64,000 nt of DNA. It comes from Acidobacteriota bacterium (GTDB lineage: Bacteria; Acidobacteriota; Vicinamibacteria; Vicinamibacterales; UBA2999). This document shows positions 47,861 through 56,641 of the stretch, one piece after another. Position 1 is the first letter of the stretch. Every line of letters begins with the position of its first letter. The position numbers were made by a program, and so were the translations under genes. The notes below the pieces were generated by a model. The model was not told the DNA's origin. It saw only the letters and a list, made by a program, of their open reading frames with translations, and made no database searches. The stretch lies in the NCBI GenBank assembly GCA_013140775.1, contig JABFSA010000003.1, forward strand, positions 12,704 to 76,703, read 5' to 3'.

Positions 47861-48241
47861 GTGCGGTCCCGCTCTCTCCAACTCTGGCTTCCCGTTCTCG
47901 TCTACATGGCGGGCATCTTTGCGGCCTCGTCACTGTCGTCTCCGCCCGTTCCGGGAGGCGCCGACAAGCCCTGGCACGCGCTCGCGTATTGCGGCCTCTC
48001 GGTTCTCGTCGTGCGCGCGTGGGTCCACGGCCTGCCCGCTCGCATCACACCCAGGATCTTCTTCATCTCGGTGTGCCTCGTGGTGTTTTACGGCGTGACC
48101 GACGAAGTGCATCAGATGTTTGTCGCAGGTCGAACAGCCTCGATCGACGACCTCTTTGCCGACACGATCGGCGCACTCATCGGAGCGGGGCTGTGTTGGG
48201 CGTGGGGTATAATCACGCCAACGTCGCGCAATGAGCTTTGA
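47861..48241 (+). CDS. VanZ family protein
   Basis: WLPVLVYMAGIF.ASS, DKPWHALAY, YGVTDEVHQMFVAGR and DDLFADTIG motifs. Confidence 0.85.
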   Translation: MRSRSLQLWLPVLVYMAGIFAASSLSSPPVPGGADKPWHALAYCGLSVLVVRAWVHGLPARITPRIFFISVCLVVFYGVTDEVHQMFVAGRTASIDDLFADTIGALIGAGLCWAWGIITPTSRNEL

Positions 48242-48428
48242 CAACCTACCTTACCGGCGCGACGGCGCAGTGGCTGTGCTGCCTCCCAACGTCGCGCAGA
48301 TTTTCGACACGCTCAGTCTTCCCAGAATTGACGAACCACTCCAACTCGCTGTGAGCTGTTCCCGCGATGTGGCCGACGTGTCCCAGTGGCACACGGCGAG
48401 TGGACAGGCGTTTGAGAGTGGCCGATGA
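48231..48428 (+). pseudogene. Probable remnant of an enoyl-CoA hydratase gene
   Basis: Begins MSFDNL..RDGAVAVL like crotonase N-termini, then degenerates and stops at 65 aa; overlaps both neighbours like an operon member. Confidence 0.45.
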
Positions 48429-48904
48429 AGGAACTCCGAGGCGCACCGATCGCTTCAGGCTGTCGCTTCGCGATCGTCGTGGCTCGATTCAATGAAGAGA
48501 TCACCGAGGGATTGCTGCGGGGTGCCCGCGAGGCGCTCGTCGAAGCGGCGGTCCGCGATGAAGACGTGACGATCGTTCGCGTCCCTGGATCGTTCGAGAT
48601 TCCTGTGACCGCGCTTCGCATCGCGGAAACGGGCGGGGTCGATGCCGTCATCTGCATCGGGTGTCTCATCAAGGGCGACACGATGCACTTCGAGTACATC
48701 GCGAGCTCCGCGTGTCAGGCCATTGCGGCCGCGGCCGCGGCGACGGGCGTGCCGATGGCGTTGGGCGTCCTGACGACGCTCACCGAGGAACAGGCAGTCG
48801 CACGCGCGTCTGCAGGTCGCGACAACAAGGGGCGCGAAGCCGCGCTGGCGGCCATTGAGATGGCGACGCTGTTTCGTCAGCTGGAAGAAGGGTATCCGGA
48901 GTGA
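48425..48904 (+). CDS. ribH: 6,7-dimethyl-8-ribityllumazine synthase
   Basis: VARFNEEIT, VPGSFEIP, IKGDTMHFEYI and NKGREAA motifs. Confidence 0.93.
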   Translation: MKELRGAPIASGCRFAIVVARFNEEITEGLLRGAREALVEAAVRDEDVTIVRVPGSFEIPVTALRIAETGGVDAVICIGCLIKGDTMHFEYIASSACQAIAAAAAATGVPMALGVLTTLTEEQAVARASAGRDNKGREAALAAIEMATLFRQLEEGYPE

Positions 48905-49368
48905 CGACCAAGACGGTCAAGGAGCATGTGGAGCCGGCGGCGAAAGACTCGCGGCGTCAGTCTCGCGAGGTTGCGGTGCAGATGCTCTATCAATGGGAAG
49001 TGGGCCGATCTGCGATGGCCGAAGTCATCGAAACTTTCTGGCTGCATGAACAACCCGACGCGCCGCCGCTCACAGAGGACGCGAGAACGTTTGCCGTCAG
49101 GCTCGCGACGGGAGTCGTCGACACCGTGGTGAGCCTCGATCCGGTGATTTCCGACGCGGCCGACAACTGGCGAATTGAGCGGATGAACGTCATGGACCGC
49201 CTGATTCTTCGTCTTGCTGTGTACGAGTTTCTGCACGAGACAGCCACTCCGTCCAAGGTCATCATCAACGAAGCGCTCGAGCTGGCACGCACGTTCAGCA
49301 ATGACGACTCGGTGCGGTTCATCAACGGGATCCTCGATGCGATCCGACGACGTCTCGAACGCGCATGA
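48901..49368 (+). CDS. nusB: Transcription antitermination factor NusB
   Basis: RRQSREVAVQMLYQ, NWRIERMNVMDRLILR, VIINEALELA and FINGILD motifs. Confidence 0.93.
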   Translation: MTTKTVKEHVEPAAKDSRRQSREVAVQMLYQWEVGRSAMAEVIETFWLHEQPDAPPLTEDARTFAVRLATGVVDTVVSLDPVISDAADNWRIERMNVMDRLILRLAVYEFLHETATPSKVIINEALELARTFSNDDSVRFINGILDAIRRRLERA

Positions 49369-50867
49369 CCACCGCAGAAGAATCCGATCAGGTCGTTCAG
49401 CGCCGCGCCAATCTTGACGAGCTTCGCAAGCTCGGCGTGAATCCCTATCCACATCGTTTCGACCTCGGCGAGTCGATCGAGGCGGTCGTGGGGGCGCACA
49501 GCAGCAAGACCGGAGAGGTGCTCGACGCTGAGGCGATCACCACGCGCACAGCGGGAAGGATTCTCACGATTCGGACGTTCGGCAAGGCCAACTTCCTTGT
49601 GCTCTCGGACGGCAAGACCCGCCTGCAGGTGTACATCCGGCAGGACGCGCTCTCCGAACGGGACTTCAAGATCTTCAAGCTGCTGGATTTTGGTGACTGG
49701 GTGGGAGTGGAAGGACGTCTCTTCCGCACCAAGACCAACGAGCTCACGATCTGGGCGTCGAGCCTCGAGTTTCTCGCCAAGTGCCTTCTGCCGTTGCCCG
49801 AGAAGTGGCACGGACTGACCGACGTCGAGACGCGCTACCGACAGCGCTATCTCGATTTGATCGTCAATCCCGACTCGCGACGGGTGTTCGAGGTCCGCAG
49901 TCGTGTGGTGTCGGCGATCCGCGAATTCCTGACCACCAGAGGGTTTCTCGAAGTCGAAACGCCCATGATGCAGTCGATTGCGGGCGGTGCGCTCGCCCGG
50001 CCGTTTACGACGCATCACAATGCTCTCGACATTCCGTTGTACATGCGCGTGGCCCCCGAGCTGTTCCTGAAGAGGTTGACCGTCGGGGGAATCGAGCGCG
50101 TCTTCGAGATCAATCGAAACTTCCGGAATGAAGGGATCTCGACGCAGCACAATCCCGAGTTCACGATGCTTGAGTTCTACTGGGCGTACGCGGACTACCG
50201 GGATTTGATGACGCTCAGCGAAACGCTGCTGGCGGACGTCGCACAGAAGGCGATCGCAGCCGACGAGGTCGTTTATGGCGACCACACGATTTCGCTTCGT
50301 CCTCCGTTCCGTCGTCTGTCGCTGCGCGAGGCCGCGAGGGACGCCGCCTCACGACGTCTGGGTGAATCAATCGACCTGGAGGTCCTTCGTTCGCGCGATA
50401 GCGCCGCGGCGTTGGCCGGACGCCTGGCGGTGCCAATCGAGCCAGGCATGGGGGCGGGCAAGATCACCGCTGCAATCTTCGAGGCGTTGTGCGAGGGGGA
50501 TCTCATCCAGCCGACGTTCGTCTACGACTTCCCAACCGAAGTGTCGCCCCTGTCCAAGCAGAAAGCGGATGATCCCGACACAGTCGAGCGGTTCGAGCTG
50601 TATGTCGCGGGCTTCGAGCTGGCGAACGCGTTCAGCGAACTCAACGATCCCGTCGAACAGCAGCACAGGTTCGAAGAGCAGCTTCGTCAGCGCGCGGGCG
50701 GAGACGAAGAGGCCCATGCGATGGACAGCGACTACATCCGTGCGCTGGAGTTTGGCATGCCGCCGGCCGCGGGTGAGGGGATCGGGATCGATCGTCTTGT
50801 GATGCTTCTCACGGGGAGCCTGTCCATTCGCGACGTGATCCTGTTCCCGTTGATGAGGCCGAAGTAG
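49365..50867 (+). CDS. lysS: Lysine--tRNA ligase (class II)
   Basis: RYRQRYLDL, EVETPMM, GGALARPF, FRNEGISTQHNPEFT and FGMPPAAGEGIGIDRL motifs. Confidence 0.96.
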   Translation: MTTAEESDQVVQRRANLDELRKLGVNPYPHRFDLGESIEAVVGAHSSKTGEVLDAEAITTRTAGRILTIRTFGKANFLVLSDGKTRLQVYIRQDALSERDFKIFKLLDFGDWVGVEGRLFRTKTNELTIWASSLEFLAKCLLPLPEKWHGLTDVETRYRQRYLDLIVNPDSRRVFEVRSRVVSAIREFLTTRGFLEVETPMMQSIAGGALARPFTTHHNALDIPLYMRVAPELFLKRLTVGGIERVFEINRNFRNEGISTQHNPEFTMLEFYWAYADYRDLMTLSETLLADVAQKAIAADEVVYGDHTISLRPPFRRLSLREAARDAASRRLGESIDLEVLRSRDSAAALAGRLAVPIEPGMGAGKITAAIFEALCEGDLIQPTFVYDFPTEVSPLSKQKADDPDTVERFELYVAGFELANAFSELNDPVEQQHRFEEQLRQRAGGDEEAHAMDSDYIRALEFGMPPAAGEGIGIDRLVMLLTGSLSIRDVILFPLMRPK

Positions 50868-50896
50868 GCCGCCAGTCCCTGTCTGGACACTGACAA

Positions 50897-52120
50897 GTGG
50901 CTTTTGAGCTCTTCATCGCGCTTCGCTACCTGTTGGCCCGCCGCAAGCAGGCCTTCATTTCACTCATTTCTCTAATCTCGACGATCGGCGTCGCGGTGGG
51001 CGTGATGGCGCTCATCATCGCGCTGGCATTGATGACGGGGTTGCAGGGCGAACTCCGTGACCGGATCCTCGGATCGACGGCGCACGTGTACGTGTGGCGT
51101 TCGGGTGGGCTCGAGGACTACCGCGCAGAGGTCGCGAAGCTGACCAAACTGCCCGGTGTCACGGGTGCAGGCCCGGCGATTCTGGGTAAGGCATTGATTT
51201 CAACCGAGCGCGCGGATGCGTTCATCAGCCTGAAAGGCGTCGATCCAGAGCTCGAGGCGAACGTCACGGACATCCAGCGCGCGATGCTGGAGGGCCGCAT
51301 CACCGATCTGGAACCCGCGTCTGCAGACGACGTCCCGGGCATTTTGGTGGGCCGGAACCTCGCTCAGCAGCTCGGCGTCGCCGTGGGAGATACGGTCACG
51401 CTCCTCACGCCGCAAGGGACGCTTTCGCCGATGGGAATGATTCCGCGAACTCGACGCGTCCGGGTCGCCGGGATCTACACGCTGGGTCTGTATGAATTTG
51501 ACGCGGCCTATGGATTTGTCTCGCTGGAGTTTGCCGAGCGGCTGCTCGGCAAAGCCGCGCCAGACCTGATCGAGTTGCGTGTCGCCAATATCGACGAAGC
51601 GCCCGCGATCTCAGACCGCGTGGTTCGCGAGTTTGGCGGCGACTACGTGAGCCAGGACTGGGCCGACATGAACCAGGCGCTTTTTTCTGCCCTCTGGCTC
51701 GAGAAGATGGCCATTTCCATCACCATAGGACTCATCGTCATGGTAGCGGCTCTCAATATCGTCGCTTCGCTGGTGCTGCTCGTGATGGAGAAGAGTCGCG
51801 ACATCGCCATTCTGAAGACGATGGGGACCTCGTCGAGGCGGATCATGACGATCTTCATGTTGCAGGGCCTGGTCATCGGTGTGGTGGGGACGTCGATTGG
51901 CGCCGTGGGCGGGCTCGTGCTGTGCTGGGTGTTCGACCGCTATCGCCTGATCCAGATCCCGATGGACGTATACCAGGTGTCGTACGTGCCGTTTGTCGTC
52001 CAGCCGTTCGACTTTGTCGTCGTGGTGATTTCGGCCATCGTCATCTGTTTCCTGGCCACGCTGTATCCGTCGCGCCAGGCATCCCGTCTCGAACCTGTGC
52101 AGGCTCTTCGCTTCGAGTGA
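50897..52120 (+). CDS. Lipoprotein-releasing ABC transporter permease (LolC/E family)
   Basis: FIALRYLLAR, SQDWADMN, VAALNI, EKSRDIAILKTMG and YPSRQASRLEPVQALR motifs. Confidence 0.92.
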   Translation: MAFELFIALRYLLARRKQAFISLISLISTIGVAVGVMALIIALALMTGLQGELRDRILGSTAHVYVWRSGGLEDYRAEVAKLTKLPGVTGAGPAILGKALISTERADAFISLKGVDPELEANVTDIQRAMLEGRITDLEPASADDVPGILVGRNLAQQLGVAVGDTVTLLTPQGTLSPMGMIPRTRRVRVAGIYTLGLYEFDAAYGFVSLEFAERLLGKAAPDLIELRVANIDEAPAISDRVVREFGGDYVSQDWADMNQALFSALWLEKMAISITIGLIVMVAALNIVASLVLLVMEKSRDIAILKTMGTSSRRIMTIFMLQGLVIGVVGTSIGAVGGLVLCWVFDRYRLIQIPMDVYQVSYVPFVVQPFDFVVVVISAIVICFLATLYPSRQASRLEPVQALRFE

Positions 52121-52148
52121 GCGCACCCGTGAGAATGCGTGGCGCCCT

Positions 52149-52201
52149 CGCACCGTCGCACCCCGGCACCGTCGCACCCCCGCACGCCCGCACCCTCGCA
52201 C
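52149..52201. repeat. Degenerate octamer tandem array (GCACCSTC/GCACCCCS, about 7 units)
   Basis: cgcaccgtcgcaccccggcaccgtcgcacccccgcacgcccgcaccctcgcac between lolC/E and lolD. Confidence 0.8.
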
Positions 52202-52220
52202 TGTCTCATTGAGTCGCGCC

Positions 52221-52895
52221 ATGTCTTTTGTCAGCGTCAGCGGGCTCAACAAGTCGTTCACGGTCGGCAGCCAGCGCATTCACATCCTTCGTGACCTGCA
52301 TCTGGAGGTCGCGGCAGGGGAGATGGTGGCGATTGTCGGAGCATCGGGCGTTGGAAAGAGCACGTTGCTGCATCTGCTCGGTGCGCTTGATCGGTGCGAC
52401 TCAGGTACGGTCCGTGTGTCGGACTCCGAGCTGACGTCGATGAGCGATGCGGCGGTGGTGGAGTTCCGAAACCGTCACGTGGGTTTCGTGTTTCAGTTTC
52501 ACCATCTGATGCCGGAGTTCGATGCCGCTGAGAATGTCGAGATGCCGATGCGCGTGGCGCGAGTTCCGCGCCAGGAGTCTCGACGACGCGCGACCGAACT
52601 GCTGTCGCGCGTGGGACTCGCCGAGCGCCTCTCACATCGTCCTGGAATGCTGTCTGGTGGCGAGCAGCAGCGTGTGGCTGTGGCTCGCGCGCTCGTGATG
52701 CAGCCGCTGTTGCTGCTCGCGGACGAACCGACTGGCGACCTGGATGAGAACACAGGGGACGCGCTCCATCACCTGCTGCGTGAGATGCACGCCGAGCACG
52801 GGCTCACGTCGGTGATTGCCACGCACAACCCGCGGCTCGCCGCCGCATGCGACCGCGTGCTCCGTCTGGAGCGCGGCTCCCTCCACCCGGCGTAG
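52221..52895 (+). CDS. lolD: Lipoprotein-releasing ABC transporter ATP-binding protein
   Basis: [28 protein letters not shown] and [10 protein letters not shown] motifs. Confidence 0.9.
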   Translation: MSFVSVSGLNKSFTVGSQRIHILRDLHLEVAAGEMVAIVGASGVGKSTLLHLLGALDRCDSGTVRVSDSELTSMSDAAVVEFRNRHVGFVFQFHHLMPEFDAAENVEMPMRVARVPRQESRRRATELLSRVGLAERLSHRPGMLSGGEQQRVAVARALVMQPLLLLADEPTGDLDENTGDALHHLLREMHAEHGLTSVIATHNPRLAAACDRVLRLERGSLHPA

Positions 52896-52960
52896 GCCGG
52901 GTGCCACGGAGTGGACCCGGCAATCGATCAATCGACGGATCTGTCGCGCGAATTCGCTCT

Positions 52961-53875
52961 CTATGCAGGAGTGGACGCAGGAGCCTCGGGATCGATACCC
53001 GAGAGCTGGAAGATGACCTTCGCGAGCGCTGAGTAGTCTTCTTCGCTTCGCCCTGACGCGACGAGCGATTCCACCAGCTGCTGAACGACCGCGCTGACCG
53101 GCGCCGCACTGTGATGCTCCGCCAGCGTCGTTGAGATGATCCGGTAGTCCTTCGCATACAGGCCCGCGCGGAATCCAGGTTTGTAGTTCCCTGTGAGGAT
53201 GCGTTCTCCATGCACCTCGAGAACGCGGCTTGCGGCAAAGCCTCCGAGAAGAGCCGACCTGACTGCCGCCGCGTTGACGCCGGCCTTGCGCGCGAGAGCA
53301 AACGCTTCCGAGACGACCGCCAGCGTTCCCCCGATCACCATCTGATTGCAGGTCTTGCAGACCTGACCCGCACCCGACTCCCCGATGCGAATCACCCGCT
53401 CAGGATTGCCCATGGCATCGAGAATGGGTCTCACCGCTGAGAACGCTTCCGCGTCGCCGCCGACCATGATGGAGAGCGTGCCGCTGATGGCGCCAATTTC
53501 TCCACCGCTCACCGGCGCGTCGAGCATGACGGCGCCGAGCGAGGCAGCCCGTGCGGCAAGGCGGCGCGCGGTCGCTGGCGCGATGGTGCTCATGTCGATC
53601 AGGATCGTGCCGCGCTGAAGGGAGGCGAAGATGCCCTCGGGACCTTCCGCAACCTGCTCGACGTCGGGTGAGTCGGGAAGCATCGTGATGATGCGGGTGG
53701 CTTGCCGCGCAACCTCGCCAGGCGAGGAGGCCTTGCGTGCGCCATGGGCGACGAGATCATCGACCGGACTCTGGCTCCGGCTGTGAACGATGAGGGGGAA
53801 GCCCGCCTTCAGCAGATTCTTCGCCATGGGCCGGCCCATCAGGCCAAGTCCGATGAAGCCGATAGTGTTAGTCAT
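52961..53875 (-). CDS. NAD(P)-dependent beta-hydroxyacid dehydrogenase (2-hydroxy-3-oxopropionate reductase-like)
   Basis: GFIGLGLMG, LDAPVSGG, LSIMVGG, GAGQVCKTCNQ and YKPGF motifs. Confidence 0.88.
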   Translation of the reverse strand: MTNTIGFIGLGLMGRPMAKNLLKAGFPLIVHSRSQSPVDDLVAHGARKASSPGEVARQATRIITMLPDSPDVEQVAEGPEGIFASLQRGTILIDMSTIAPATARRLAARAASLGAVMLDAPVSGGEIGAISGTLSIMVGGDAEAFSAVRPILDAMGNPERVIRIGESGAGQVCKTCNQMVIGGTLAVVSEAFALARKAGVNAAAVRSALLGGFAASRVLEVHGERILTGNYKPGFRAGLYAKDYRIISTTLAEHHSAAPVSAVVQQLVESLVASGRSEEDYSALAKVIFQLSGIDPEAPASTPA

Positions 53876-53972
53876 GGCGGAAAGTATATAGAGGGTCACC
53901 GGACCGCGAGCCGCCCTGACGCGACGCGTCCACGGAAGCTCAAGCAGGCGTACGACTTAGCGCGACCCAACG

Positions 53973-54001
53973 TTGGTCGTGTCCACGCTTTGCCTTATAA
54001 T
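53973..54001 (+). promoter_or_regulatory. Sigma70-type promoter of clpC
   Basis: TTGGTC-N17-TATAAT. The near-palindrome CGACCCAACGTTGGTCG overlaps the -35, and an AGAAGAG/CTCTTCT hairpin lies in the leader. Confidence 0.6.
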
Positions 54002-54059
54002 GACGATAGAAGAGGCGGGTACTCTTCTTCGTGACGAACCACTAACGCTAGGCGGGCCG

Positions 54060-56495
54060 ATGTTCGAACGCTACACAGAACGGGCGCGGCGGGTTCTCTT
54101 CTTCGCGCGCTATGAGGCCAGCCAGCTCGGCAGCGTGTCTATTGAGACCGAGCACCTGCTGCTCGGACTGATTCGCGAGGGGAAGGGCCTCACCAGCCGG
54201 ATCTTCGCGCGCTCACACCTGTCACTCGAAAATATTCGAAAAGAGATCGAAGGACGGACCGTTTTCCGCGAGAAGGTGTCCACCTCGGTCGAGATTCCGT
54301 TCAGCGCCGAAACGAAGCATGTGCTGCAGTTTGCGGCCGAAGAGGCGGATCGGCTGCTGCACAACTACATCGGCACCGAGCACCTTCTGCTGGGAATCCT
54401 TCGGGAGGAGCGGTCGGTCGCGGCCTCGATCCTCATGGAAAAGGGGATGCGGCTGCACACCGTCCGTGAGGACATCGTCCAGCTGCTCAACGAGAAGACC
54501 ACGCTGACCCGCGTGAAAGAGACGCCGCTGCTTGCCGAGTTCAGCCGCGACCTGACCGAAGCCGCCATGAAGAACCAGCTCGACCCGCTGGTTGGCCGCG
54601 ACTATGAGCTGGAGCGCGTGCAGCAGGTGCTGTGCCGCCGGACCAAGAACAACGCCGTCCTGATCGGCGAGCCTGGCGTCGGCAAGACCGCGATTGTCGA
54701 GGGACTGGCGCAGAAGATCGTCTTTGGCGACGTTCCGCACTTCCTTGCCGACAAACGGATTCTGGCGCTCGATATCTCGCTGATCGTCGCTGGCACCAAG
54801 TATCGGGGCCAGTTCGAAGAGCGCCTGAAGGCGATCATGAAGGAGCTCACCGAGAACCCGAACATCATCGTGTTCATCGACGAGCTGCACACGCTGGTTG
54901 GCGCCGGCTCGGCCGAGGGTTCTCTCGATGCCGCGAACATCCTGAAGCCCGCGCTGTCGCGCGGCGAGATACGCTGCATCGGCGCCACGACGCCCGCGGA
55001 GTACCGCAAGTACATCGAGAAGGATCGGTCACTGGAGCGCCGCTTCCAGGCCATCAAGGTCGATCCGCCGGCCGAGAAGGAAACCATCGACATCCTGATG
55101 GGCGTGAAGGACCGCTACGAGCAGTTCCATCACGTGGAGTACACGCAGGAAGCGCTCGAGGCCGCTGTCTATCAGTCGAGCCGCTACATCACGGATCGGT
55201 TCCTCCCCGACAAGGCAATCGACCTCGTTGACGAGGCTGGCGCCCGGGCGAAGCTGAAAGAGGCGGGCTACAGCGAGGAGTTCGGCGAAATCAACAAGAG
55301 CATCCGGGTCGCCGTCGAGCAGATGGAGAACGCGGTCTCGCAGAAGGACTTCGAGCGAGCGCAGTTCTATCGCGAGCAGGAAGTATCGGCGCGCGAGAAC
55401 CTGCAATTCGTCCGCGAGAAGTTCGACGTCAAGACGAGCGCCCGCAAGGTGGTGGTCAACAAGGCCGACATCGATGATGTCGTGTCGAAGTGGACCGGGG
55501 TACCACTCGCCTCGATCAATCAGGATGAGGGGGACAAGCTCCTGCGGATGGAGGCCGACCTCCACAAGCGGGTGGTCAGCCAGGAGAAGGCGATTTCCGC
55601 GATTTCGCGGGCGATTCGCCGCTCACGGGCGGGGCTCAAGAATCCCAACAGGCCCGTGGGCAGCTTCATCTTCCTCGGACCGACCGGTGTCGGTAAGACC
55701 GAACTCGCACGCGCACTGGCCAATTTCCTCTTCGGCAGCGACAACGCACTTATTCGTTTTGACATGTCCGAGTACATGGAGAAGCACTCGGTCTCGAAGT
55801 TAATCGGATCGCCTCCCGGTTACGTCGGGCACGAGGAAGGCGGTCAGCTCACCGAAAAGGTCAAGCGCAACCCGTACTCTGTGGTGCTGCTCGATGAGAT
55901 CGAGAAGGCACACCCGGATGTGTTCAACATCCTTCTCCAGGTGTTCGAGGATGGCCACCTGACGGATGGTCTCGGAAACCGGGTGAACTTCAAGAACGCG
56001 ATCATCATCATGACGTCGAACATCGGCGCCCGCTTCATCCAGAAGAAGGCGTCGCTCGGGTTCCAGTCGAGCGATTCCGGCGCCATCGACAAGAACGTCC
56101 ACGACATGGTGCTTGGGGAGGTCAAGCGGACCTTCAACCCCGAGTTCATCAACCGTATCGACGAGATCATCGTGTTCGAGGCGCTCACTGACGACGACCT
56201 TCGTCGAATCATGGCGCTGCTCGTCGAGCAGCTGAACATCAATCTCGTAGACCGGCGCATGAAGATCGTGATGGCGCCGGAAGTGGTGGATTGGATTATC
56301 GACGTCACCTGCCGGGACCGGTCGTATGGCGCCCGGCCGTTGCGTCGCGCGATCCAGCGATACGTCGAGGATCCCCTCTCGGAGGAGCTCATCCGCGGGA
56401 ATCTCCGCGACGGCGACGTCGAGGTGTTTCTCGAGGGTGGGCAGCTCTCGTATCGCCCGGCCGGAGAACTGACCGGCGGTCGTCGGCTCGCATAG
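54060..56495 (+). CDS. clpC: ATP-dependent Clp protease ATP-binding subunit (ClpC-like)
   Basis: [16 protein letters not shown] Clp_N; Walker A GEPGVGKT and GPTGVGKT; [10 protein letters not shown]; [10 protein letters not shown]. Confidence 0.92.
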   Translation: MFERYTERARRVLFFARYEASQLGSVSIETEHLLLGLIREGKGLTSRIFARSHLSLENIRKEIEGRTVFREKVSTSVEIPFSAETKHVLQFAAEEADRLLHNYIGTEHLLLGILREERSVAASILMEKGMRLHTVREDIVQLLNEKTTLTRVKETPLLAEFSRDLTEAAMKNQLDPLVGRDYELERVQQVLCRRTKNNAVLIGEPGVGKTAIVEGLAQKIVFGDVPHFLADKRILALDISLIVAGTKYRGQFEERLKAIMKELTENPNIIVFIDELHTLVGAGSAEGSLDAANILKPALSRGEIRCIGATTPAEYRKYIEKDRSLERRFQAIKVDPPAEKETIDILMGVKDRYEQFHHVEYTQEALEAAVYQSSRYITDRFLPDKAIDLVDEAGARAKLKEAGYSEEFGEINKSIRVAVEQMENAVSQKDFERAQFYREQEVSARENLQFVREKFDVKTSARKVVVNKADIDDVVSKWTGVPLASINQDEGDKLLRMEADLHKRVVSQEKAISAISRAIRRSRAGLKNPNRPVGSFIFLGPTGVGKTELARALANFLFGSDNALIRFDMSEYMEKHSVSKLIGSPPGYVGHEEGGQLTEKVKRNPYSVVLLDEIEKAHPDVFNILLQVFEDGHLTDGLGNRVNFKNAIIIMTSNIGARFIQKKASLGFQSSDSGAIDKNVHDMVLGEVKRTFNPEFINRIDEIIVFEALTDDDLRRIMALLVEQLNINLVDRRMKIVMAPEVVDWIIDVTCRDRSYGARPLRRAIQRYVEDPLSEELIRGNLRDGDVEVFLEGGQLSYRPAGELTGGRRLA

Positions 56496-56641
56496 CGACT
56501 GACCCGTCAGCGGGTCCGCTGCGTCCCTCGACACGCTCGGGACGAAGTGGACCCGGCAAGAGCCCACAAACGCACGGCCATCAGCTCGTCCCGTTCGTCT
56601 GAAATCCAGTAGACTGAAGCGTTTTGAGGGAGATCCGCAAC

